From Candidatus Methylomirabilota bacterium (GTDB lineage: Bacteria > Methylomirabilota > Methylomirabilia > Rokubacteriales > CSP1-6), in assembly GCA_046726415.1 (NCBI GenBank), contig JBKPAK010000215.1, forward strand, positions 1-34,752: DNA of 34,752 nt, read 5' to 3'. Below the pieces are notes generated by a model, which searched no databases, was not told the origin of the DNA, and worked only from the letters and a program-made list of their open reading frames with translations. A program made the position numbers and the translations under genes. Positions 9,498 through 17,164 of the stretch are shown here, one piece after another. Numbering within the stretch: position 1 is the stretch's first letter; each line of letters opens with the position of its first letter.

Positions 9498-10453
9498 CTA
9501 CCCGGCCGTATCGCCCTCGGCGGGTGGCCAGCACACGAAGCCGCACCCGGTCTGCGTGCAGTGCGCCGGCACGTAGTCGACCACCTGGGCCGGTCGATTC
9601 ATCGCCGCCGCCACGCTGATCCACGCCCGCACCTCGCCCGTGCCCGAGCGCAGGTTGTCGGACTCAAAGGTGAAGAGATGCCGGAGGGCCTGGACGTCGT
9701 TCCGGGCCAGGCGATCCAGGATCCAGTGGTCGAGAGGCTGATCGATCCAGCCCGCGTTGTACATGCCCGGATAGTGGGACAGGCCGCCCGACGCGTAGAT
9801 GGCCACGCGCTCCGGCCGGTCGCGGAGCGCGTCGGCGATGGCCTCGCCCAGCTGCGCGCACCGCGCGGCGCCGGGCAGCGGCGGATAGTACTCGTTCATG
9901 AACACGCAGACCAGCGGGATCTCCAGGCCGGGGTCGACCTCGGGCACGAGATTGGAAACTATGTGCGAGACGCCGCGACCGGGGTGCCGCGCGGCTCGAA
10001 CTTCCCGAGGTTGGCCACATCGAATCCCCGCTCGATCAACCCGCACAGGAGGTGACGGGAGAGCTCGGGGTGTGGCCGGAAGACGAGCTTCGTGCGGTCC
10101 GGGATCGGCACATCGTACGGATCCCGCGCGCTGCGTCCCCACAGCGGCTCCGCGCCGGTGTAGATCGCGAAGGTCGGATTGTTGGCACCATCGAACATGT
10201 CGCCCTGGTCGTCGCCGATCATGATCAGCGCGTCCGGCCGGTACGCCCGCAGCGCTCCCCGCAGGGTGGCGAAGGCCGCCTCGATCCGCTGGATGTATCC
10301 ATCGATGATGGCCGGCGTGGCCAGCTCTACCCGGGCGCTATGCGGCAGATGTTCACGGGCTTCCGGTGGGATGCGTTCCACCATCCGCGGCCAGAACCGT
10401 GCCTTCTGGAACATCATCGGCGCGTGGGCCGACGCCATTCCCATGCCGAGCAT
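9498..10453 (-). pseudogene. LigB-family (class III extradiol) dioxygenase-like protein, frameshifted near 9980
   Basis: ASAHAP, RPDALIMIGDDQ, then after a shift GVSH, NEYYPPLP.AARC..LGEAI, ASGGLSH, GTGEVRAWI. RBS GAGGAGG. Confidence 0.85.
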
Positions 10454-10581
10454 CACTCGCCTCCTCGCAGGGTACCGGATCCGACCTCGCCGATGTGGGC
10501 TCCACGTTTATCGCACATGCCCATGACAACACCAACCGCAATCACCATGGCGACGGGAACCGCGCTCGTCAACCAGTCCAT
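10453..10581 (-). CDS. Small hydrophobic protein (42 aa), below the ORF-track cutoff
   Basis: MDWLTSAVPVAMVIAVGVVMGMCDKRGAHIGEVGSGTLRGGE*. RBS GAGGAGG, and a TGATG overlap with the dioxygenase start. Confidence 0.55.
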   Translation of the reverse strand: MDWLTSAVPVAMVIAVGVVMGMCDKRGAHIGEVGSGTLRGGE

Positions 10582-10680
10582 AGGCCGCCTCCTCAGTCGA
10601 ATAGCCGCGAACCGAGCACCCGACGCCGCTCATCAGACTCGCGTCACCAGTTGTAGTCGCCGGCGCCATTGGTCCAGCAC

Positions 10681-10696
10681 GGCAAGACGAATGCCA
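10681..10696 (-). promoter_or_regulatory. Candidate sigma54 promoter facing the nor operon
   Basis: Minus strand TGGCATTCGTCTTGCC fits GG-N10-GC, 100 nt upstream of the first ORF. Confidence 0.5.
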
Positions 10697-10816
10697 CGGT
10701 GTCGTTGCATTGAAATGCGCCATCGCACGCGGCGCGGTCGCCGGTGCCGCCGCGTCAGACGTGAGGCATAGCGGTCCCGCTGGGGAATACTCGCCCCAGC
10801 GGCATGCCCGCTGGCT

Positions 10817-10858
10817 ATGACCCGGATCATAAGGGCCGCAGCCGACGCCTCCTAGACT
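10817..10858 (+). promoter_or_regulatory. Class II Crp/Fnr-activated promoter of the DUF542 operon
   Basis: ATGAC-CCGG-ATCAT (10817-10830) plus -10 TAGACT (10853-10858). The spacing puts the box at -41.5 from a start near 10865. Confidence 0.65.
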
Positions 10859-10880
10859 CGGAAGCACGGAGGACCAGGTC

Positions 10881-11123
10881 ATGAGCCACGCATGCAGTTG
10901 CGCAACCCGCGCGGAACCACTAAGACGTACGACCCCGATCAATGCCGAACAGACCGTGGCCGAGGTTTCGAAGCGACCCGGCGCGCTGGAGGTCTTCCAG
11001 CGCCTGGAGGTCAACCATTGCTGCGGAGCGCATCTCTCGCTTCGCGAAGCGGCCGCCGCTGCGGGCATCTCGCTCGACGAACTGCTGCGCGCTCTCGACG
11101 ACGCCGTGACCGCGGCGCCATGA
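10881..11123 (+). CDS. Stand-alone DUF542 (ScdA/RIC N-terminal-like) protein
   Basis: TVAEV...LEVFQRLEVNHCCGAHLSLREAA..AGISLDELL. RBS GGAGG. Confidence 0.8.
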   Translation: MSHACSCATRAEPLRRTTPINAEQTVAEVSKRPGALEVFQRLEVNHCCGAHLSLREAAAAAGISLDELLRALDDAVTAAP

Positions 11124-11908
11124 TCACGGGCGCCACGACGGTCGGCCGTCTCTTCGAGGACCACCCGCAGCTGGTGGACTTTCTGGCCAGCTATCACCCG
11201 CACTTCGAGAGGCTGCGCGTCGGGCTCCCGCGAAAGATCATGGCGCCGCGGGTGACGGTCGCGGAGGCGGCGCGCATGGCCGGGATCTCTGCCGATGATC
11301 TGCTGACGGCAATCCGACGCCAGATCGGCGACATGGAATCGCCGAGCGCTTCGGCGGAGAGCTCGCCCGATGCCGGCGCCCCGACGGCACCGCCCGCGGG
11401 GCTGGCGGCCCGCCGCCTCGTGCACGTGGACGTGCGCGACGACATCCGGCAGGGGATAGAGCCCTTCGCGCGCATCATGGCCGCCGTCAAGGCGCTGGGC
11501 GGCGAAGAAGTACTCGTGCTCCGCGTGCCCTTCGAGCCCTTCCCGCTCTACGACGTGCTCGCCCGCCGCGGCCTCGCGCACTGGACGGAACGCCAGGCCG
11601 CCGACGACTGGTCGATCTGGTTCTATCCAGAGCCAGCGGCGGCCGCCCGACCATCCACCCCCAGCAGTCCGAGCGCCGTCGCGCTCTTCATCGACGTGCG
11701 CGGGCTCGAGCCTCCGCTGCCCATGGTGCGCGTGCTCGAGCGCCTCGACGCGCTCGGCGAGGGTGAGCAGCTCGAGGTGATCCACGACCGGCGGCCGGTC
11801 TTCCTCTATCCCCAGCTCGACGACCGCGGCTTCGCGCACGAGACCGACGAGGCTGAGCCAGGCCTCGTCCGCATCCGGATCACGAAGCGTCCGCCGAACG
11901 AGCGATGA
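11120..11908 (+). CDS. DUF1858-like N-domain plus two DUF2249 domains (262 aa)
   Basis: VDVRDDIRQGIEPFARIMAAV...PFEPFPLYDVL and IDVRGLEPPLPMVRVLE...HDRRPVFLYPQL. ATGA overlap at 11120. Confidence 0.8.
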   Translation: MITGATTVGRLFEDHPQLVDFLASYHPHFERLRVGLPRKIMAPRVTVAEAARMAGISADDLLTAIRRQIGDMESPSASAESSPDAGAPTAPPAGLAARRLVHVDVRDDIRQGIEPFARIMAAVKALGGEEVLVLRVPFEPFPLYDVLARRGLAHWTERQAADDWSIWFYPEPAAAARPSTPSSPSAVALFIDVRGLEPPLPMVRVLERLDALGEGEQLEVIHDRRPVFLYPQLDDRGFAHETDEAEPGLVRIRITKRPPNER

Positions 11909-13236
11909 TCCCTGCACCAGCGCGTGGGCCGTCCGTCCTCCTGCCGCTCGGCTATCTCGTGACCGCCGCCAGCGCCTTCCTCCTCGGGGCGATGAGCCTC
12001 CCATGGCTGGCGCCCGAGCTGGCCGGACATCACTACCAGCCGCGAATCTTCGCCCTCACCCACACCGTGACTCTCGGCTGGATCACCCTCGCCATCATGG
12101 GCGCGAGCTACCAGATCATCCCCGTCCTCCTGGAGCGGCCGATCTGGAGCGAGCGCCTCGGCCGCTGGCAGTTCGCCCTGCTGGCCGTCGGGATCGTCGG
12201 CATGGTGGGCCACTTCTTCATCGGCGAGTGGTCGGGACTCTTGTGGGGGGCGGGGCTGGTCGCGCTGGGGACCGTCGCGCACCTGACGAACGCGGCGATG
12301 AGCGTCCGCGGTCTCCGGCACTGGACGTTCACGGCCCGCCTGGTGATTCTGGCACTCGCGGGCTTTGCCCTCACGCTTGTCTTCGGCCTCGCCCTGGCCG
12401 TCAACCGCGTGTGGACGTTCCTCCCGCCGGCGACGTTCCCGCTGGTCCACGCCCACTTCCATCTGGCCCTCCTCGGGTGGGTGTTGCCGATGGTCATGGG
12501 CGTGGCCGCCCGCGTGTACCCCATGTTCCTGCTCGCTCGCGAGCCAGGAGGATGGCCGGGTCGCGCTCAGCTCGCGGGCTTTGCCTTCGGCGTGCCCGCG
12601 GTCGTCATCGGGATTCTCGCGTCGCGCTGGGTACTGGCGGCGGGGGCGCTCGCCGTGAGCGCTGCGGTGCTGGGCCACGGGCTCTGGGTCCTCGACATGG
12701 TGCGGACGGCCAGGCGACCCCGCCTCGATTGGGGTCTGCGCCTGGTGCTCGCCGGAACGCTGTTTCTCATTCCGACCGTCCTCCTGGGTCTCGGCCTGGC
12801 GCTCGAGGTGGTGTCCGGGCCCCGCCTGGGCGTCGCCTACGCGGTGCTGGCCCTCGGGGGCTGGGCTTCCCTCACCATCGCCGGGATGATGCTGAAGATC
12901 ATTCCGTTCCTCGTCTGGTACCGCGCCTACAGCCGCCACGTAGGGCGCGCGCCGGTGCCGACCCTGGCCCAGCTCTCGTGGCCCGCCGCCGAGGCCCTCG
13001 CGTTCGTGCTGCTCTCCGTCGGAATGGCCGGCCTCGCGGTGGCCGCGATCGCCGGAGAGGTGTCGGCCATTCGCGCGGCCGGAGCGATCGTCGCCGCCGG
13101 CGCGCTCGTATTCGCGGCGACGCTCGCGCGCATCGTCGGACACCTCTGGTCCGCCTGGAGGCTGGCGCCACTCACCGCCAGCGACGGCCCCACCGGCACG
13201 GCTCCCAGCCCGCTCACCAGGACCGTGGAGCGATGA
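11905..13236 (+). CDS. Polytopic membrane protein with three heme-copper-oxidase-homology repeats (NnrS/COX1-like)
   Basis: Repeats LTHTVTLGWITLAIMGASYQIIP, HAHFHLALLGWVLPMVMGVAARVYP and YAVLALGGWASLTIAGMMLKIIP. About 12 TM segments. Confidence 0.8.
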   Translation: MIPAPARGPSVLLPLGYLVTAASAFLLGAMSLPWLAPELAGHHYQPRIFALTHTVTLGWITLAIMGASYQIIPVLLERPIWSERLGRWQFALLAVGIVGMVGHFFIGEWSGLLWGAGLVALGTVAHLTNAAMSVRGLRHWTFTARLVILALAGFALTLVFGLALAVNRVWTFLPPATFPLVHAHFHLALLGWVLPMVMGVAARVYPMFLLAREPGGWPGRAQLAGFAFGVPAVVIGILASRWVLAAGALAVSAAVLGHGLWVLDMVRTARRPRLDWGLRLVLAGTLFLIPTVLLGLGLALEVVSGPRLGVAYAVLALGGWASLTIAGMMLKIIPFLVWYRAYSRHVGRAPVPTLAQLSWPAAEALAFVLLSVGMAGLAVAAIAGEVSAIRAAGAIVAAGALVFAATLARIVGHLWSAWRLAPLTASDGPTGTAPSPLTRTVER

Positions 13237-13565
13237 CCCCCGTTCGACGGACCATCGCCGGAAGCTCGGACGCCGCGACGGGCGTGACGCCAGTGCAGGT
13301 GACCCAGGTGTTGCGCGAGGTTTTCGATCCCGAACTCGGGATGTCGATCGTGGAGCTGGGCCTCGTCTACGGCATCGACATTCGCGGCGGCGCCGTCACT
13401 GTGACGATGACCCTGACCGCGCGCGGCTGCCCCATCCACGACGCGATGTCGGCCTGGGTGAGGGAAGCGGTCGCGAAAATTCCAGGCGTGGAGCACGTCG
13501 ACGTGACGATCACCTTCGATCCGCCCTGGACTTCTGATCGGATCGCACGCGCTTGGTCAGGGTGA
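13233..13565 (+). CDS. DUF59/SufT metal-sulfur cluster assembly factor
   Basis: LREVFDPELGMSIVELGLVY, MTLTARGCP, FDPPWT. ATGA overlap. Confidence 0.92.
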   Translation: MTPVRRTIAGSSDAATGVTPVQVTQVLREVFDPELGMSIVELGLVYGIDIRGGAVTVTMTLTARGCPIHDAMSAWVREAVAKIPGVEHVDVTITFDPPWTSDRIARAWSG

Positions 13566-13596
13566 TCCTCGGCGACGTGCAGGGAAGGAGCGAGCC

Positions 13597-13948
13597 ATGC
13601 TGGTCCGAGAGTGGATGACCACAGTGCTCGTGACCGTCAGCCCGGACGCGCCCGTCGCAGAGGCCCAGCACCTGATGCGCCACGGGCGCATCCGTCACCT
13701 GCCGGTCGTGGAGCGCGGGCGGCTGGCCGGTATCATCACCGACCGCGACGTGCGCACGACACTGCCGTCGCCGGCGACGAGCCTGGCCGTGGGAGAGATC
13801 CGCTACCTCCTGGACCGGCTGCTCGTCGAGCGCGTCATGAACCGATCCGTCATCACGATCGGCCCCGACGCGCCCATGGTCGATGCCGTGCGGCTCATGC
13901 TGGACCACCGGATCGGCGCGCTGCCGGTGGTGGAAGGCGACCGGCTAT
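13597..13948 (+). pseudogene. CBS-pair protein (AcuB-like), truncated in the second CBS domain
   Basis: MLVREWMT...IRHLPVV..GRLAGIITDRD...IGALPVVEGDRL. Homology ends before the expected VGIIT.D, and the frame stays open into the next gene. Confidence 0.8.
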
Positions 13949-14091
13949 CCCTGCGGGACCGCGGCGCGACCGCGCCATCCACGCCGGCGAAGGATCGCCC
14001 TGGATCGTGGTGCGGTGGAGCCGCCTGCCGGCCCTGGACCGAAAAATGTACGATCAGCTCGGTACAGATCTCCTGGCGTAAGGGAGGACTC

Positions 14092-14376
14092 ATGATTGGA
14101 GTGCTAACTCATCATTGGGCCAAGGTGGATAGAGTCGAGGCGGCCAAGAAGCTGCTGGACGCCAACGGCCTGGCCCAGAGCAAGGCACCGGGTTTTGTCA
14201 GCCGCCAGACCCTCTATTCAACCGGCGATCCCACCAAAATCACCACGCTGGTGGTGTGGACGAGCAACGACATCTATGACCACTGGCGGGCAAGCCCAGA
14301 GCGCGCAGTGGCCATGAAGGGAGCCGAGGAACTCTGGTCCAAAGCCCCTGAGTCGGAGCGTTTCCACGTGGCTTGA
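14092..14376 (+). CDS. Antibiotic biosynthesis monooxygenase (ABM)-like protein (94 aa)
   Basis: Own RBS AGGGAGG. APGFVSRQTL, VVWTS..YDHWRASPE. Confidence 0.75.
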   Translation: MIGVLTHHWAKVDRVEAAKKLLDANGLAQSKAPGFVSRQTLYSTGDPTKITTLVVWTSNDIYDHWRASPERAVAMKGAEELWSKAPESERFHVA

Positions 14377-14496
14377 CCGCGGCCCGGAGTCAGCGGCGGC
14401 GGCCGGAGGTCGCTCAGCCCGGGCGGCAGTTGGCCCGGCTTACTCGAGTCGCGCCGTCGTGCCCGCGCCGAGCGGTCCACCACGATCGGGGTCCGG

Positions 14497-14526
14497 TTGA
14501 CGACGGCGGCGTGTCTCACATAGCAT
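14497..14526 (+). promoter_or_regulatory. Candidate sigma70 promoter
   Basis: TTGACG-N18-TAGCAT, about 180 nt upstream of the hydrolase start. Confidence 0.4.
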
Positions 14527-14706
14527 GCCGCTCACCCAGGCCGGCTCTCTCGACCCACAAGCAGGCCCGCAGAGGCGCGCTGTACCTGGGCACTCCAAGG
14601 GCGGGCCGGGGTGACGTCGGGAAGACGAGGGCCAAGCGCGGGGCGGGAGGCGTTAATGTTGACCAGGCACACCACATCCTCAGCCCTCCAGGAAAGGGAG
14701 ACTCGC

Positions 14707-15579
14707 ATGGCAGCAGGCACGCAGACCACGCATGACATCGATGTCGCCGACGTGGAATATCTCCGACATGGGGACAACCCGCTGCTGGCGCGTCTCTTCA
14801 AGCCGCGCGGCAGCGGGCCGTTCCCGATCATGGTCGAGCTGCATGGCGGCGCCTGGGTCCGGGGCGATCGCCTGAACGGTAACGCGGCGAACGAGGCCCT
14901 CGCCAGGAATGGTGTGATCGTGGCTGCACTGGACTTTCGCGTGCCTCCAGTGGCACCGTATCCGGCCTCTCTGGCCGACATTCACTATGGGATTCGCTGG
15001 TGCAAGACCCAGGCCCTGGCGTGGAACGGCCGCCCGGACCGGATCGGTGCGATGGGAACATCGAGTGGCGCGCACCAGGCCATGCTCCTCGGCATGCGCC
15101 CGCGCGACCCACGCTATGCCGCTCTGTCCTTGCCGGCGGCCGCCACGACGGTGGATGGCACCCTGGGCTGCGTGATCATGGTCTCTCCCGTGATCGATCC
15201 GCTCGGACGCTATCACTATGCCAAGGGCCGGCGACAGGATTGCACCCCACCCTCCGGACTGGCCGACCGCGTGGTGCCCATGCATGACCAGTACTGGCGC
15301 ACGGAAGAGGCCATGGCCGAGGGGGCGCCCGCGCGCATCTTGGCCCGTGGGGAGCGGACGGCAACGCCGCCCGTATTGTGCCTCGCGCGCACGTACGAGG
15401 AGGCACATCCGCGCCCGGACCTTGATGAGTTCGTCCGACAGTATCGGAAGGCTGGAGGCCAGATCGAGGTGACGATCTTCGAGGGCGAGGGTGAAGGTCT
15501 GCTGCGCAATCCCTCCTCGTCAGTCGCCCAGCAGGCGCTCGAGCAGATGACCACGTTCATACATCAGCACCTCGGGTAG
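14707..15579 (+). CDS. Alpha/beta hydrolase (HSL/abhydrolase_3-like)
   Basis: ELHGGAW, DFR, YPASLAD, RIGAMGTSSGAH. RBS AAGGGAG before ATG 14707. Confidence 0.88.
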   Translation: MAAGTQTTHDIDVADVEYLRHGDNPLLARLFKPRGSGPFPIMVELHGGAWVRGDRLNGNAANEALARNGVIVAALDFRVPPVAPYPASLADIHYGIRWCKTQALAWNGRPDRIGAMGTSSGAHQAMLLGMRPRDPRYAALSLPAAATTVDGTLGCVIMVSPVIDPLGRYHYAKGRRQDCTPPSGLADRVVPMHDQYWRTEEAMAEGAPARILARGERTATPPVLCLARTYEEAHPRPDLDEFVRQYRKAGGQIEVTIFEGEGEGLLRNPSSSVAQQALEQMTTFIHQHLG

Positions 15580-15740
15580 CAAGGAGTTCCGCCAGCTGAT
15601 GTCATCGGGAGGCACGGCCGAGCAGGGACTTCGAGCGACCGTGCCACCGAAAGATCCCGATACGCCGAGGCGCAAGTCCCGGACGGCGGAGAAGGACACG
15701 ACTCCTCGTTGACGTCCACCCGACTTGAGGGGAGGAGGAC

Positions 15741-16817
15741 ATGACCATGAAATTCGGGCTCATGTATGAAATTCAGATACCGGAGCCCCACTATGACGGC
15801 ATCGAGCAGGAGCGCTACAAACAGGTCATGGTCCAGGTCGAGCTGGCGGATGAGGTCGGCTTCCAGTACTGCTGGACGGTAGAGCACCACTTCTTGCGGG
15901 AGTTTTCCCACTGTTCGGCCCCGGAAGTGCTCTATGGGGCCCTCTCGCAGCGCACCAAGCGGATTCGCATTGGCCACGCCGTCGCCCTGCTGCCCGGCCA
16001 GTACAATCACCCGGTCCGAGTGGCCGAACGGGCGGCCGTGCTCGATATCGTCAGCGATGGCCGCATGGATCTGGGGACCGGGCGGTCCACCACCCTCATC
16101 GAAATGGACGGCTTCCAGGTCGACCCGGAGGAGACCAGAGCCCAGTGGGAAGAAGCCGTCGCCATGATTCCCCGCATGTGGACGGAAGACCCCTTCACCC
16201 ACGAGGGGCGCTTCTACCGGATCCCGCCGCGTTCGGTCATTCCCAAGCCCGTGCAGAAACCCCATCCGCCTTTGTGGGTCGCCTGCAGCCAGCCCGACAG
16301 CTTCCGGGCTGCCGGGGAGATGGGCCTGGGCGCCCTTTGCTTCAACCTGGGCGGGTACGCGCAAATGGCCGAGCGGGTCGGTCTGTATCGCGAGGGCATC
16401 AAGCACGCCAAACCCGTGGGGAGCTTCATCAACAACCAGATCGCCGCGCTGTGCGTCACCAACTGTGCCGACACCGACGAAGAGGCGCACGAATTCGCCG
16501 GGCCGGAAGGCGTATGGTTCGTCAGGATGGCAGAGAAGCTCTACGCACCCTGGCAAGGACGCCACGTGCCCGATTCCTACAAATTCGCCGTCTCGGCGAT
16601 TCAGCAGGAGCGCACGGGCAAGACCTTCGCAGACCATATGCAGTCGGGCGCCTTCGCCATGGGCAACCCGGCCAGCGTCATCAAGGTCCTCGAGAAGTAC
16701 CAGGAGGTCGGCGTGGACCAGATTCTCTGCTTCATGCAGATGGGTAACCTGGCCCATACACGGATCATGCGCTCGATCGACTTGTTTGGCCGTCACGTCA
16801 TCCCCGCCTTCACCTAG
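15741..16817 (+). CDS. LLM-class flavin-dependent oxidoreductase
   Basis: MKFGL, VEHHF..EFSH, TKRIRIGH, HPVRVAE.AA.LDIVSDGR..LGTGR, PKPVQKPHPP. Confidence 0.93.
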   Translation: MTMKFGLMYEIQIPEPHYDGIEQERYKQVMVQVELADEVGFQYCWTVEHHFLREFSHCSAPEVLYGALSQRTKRIRIGHAVALLPGQYNHPVRVAERAAVLDIVSDGRMDLGTGRSTTLIEMDGFQVDPEETRAQWEEAVAMIPRMWTEDPFTHEGRFYRIPPRSVIPKPVQKPHPPLWVACSQPDSFRAAGEMGLGALCFNLGGYAQMAERVGLYREGIKHAKPVGSFINNQIAALCVTNCADTDEEAHEFAGPEGVWFVRMAEKLYAPWQGRHVPDSYKFAVSAIQQERTGKTFADHMQSGAFAMGNPASVIKVLEKYQEVGVDQILCFMQMGNLAHTRIMRSIDLFGRHVIPAFT

Positions 16818-17164
16818 GGCGGGCTCCCGACCCGGGGATCGTGATGACCGCGGTCTCGTGGGCGCCCCGTCCTTGAGCCGACCCGCCACAGGCCTTGCCG
16901 GTGACCGACGAGGCCGGCCGGTTCCTCACCCGGGCCGACATCTCGCCGATGACGACGCCACCTCGTCACGCGCTGACCCGTCTACACCACGCTTGCTGCG
17001 AACTCGCCGGCGATTGTTCCGGACGCGTGAAGTCTGGTTTCCCGATGACCTCAGGTCCTCGCATCATCCGGCGCGCTATGATGACAAACGCGACTTTCTT
17101 CACGCCCTGCGCGGGGCGTGGGTTCCGGAGGCGTGAACGATACCGCGCAGTCAGGAGAGAGAAG

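Noticed and set aside
15575-15680. Fluoride, glycine riboswitch or hammerhead-like words (GGAGTTC, GCTGATG, CACCGAAAG, CGCCGAGGCGCAA)
   Set aside because: Required partner motifs and spacing are missing. Kept only as an unclassified structure.
16895-16945. PVTDEAGRFLTRADI resembling a CBS-domain remnant
   Set aside because: Too short to distinguish from chance.
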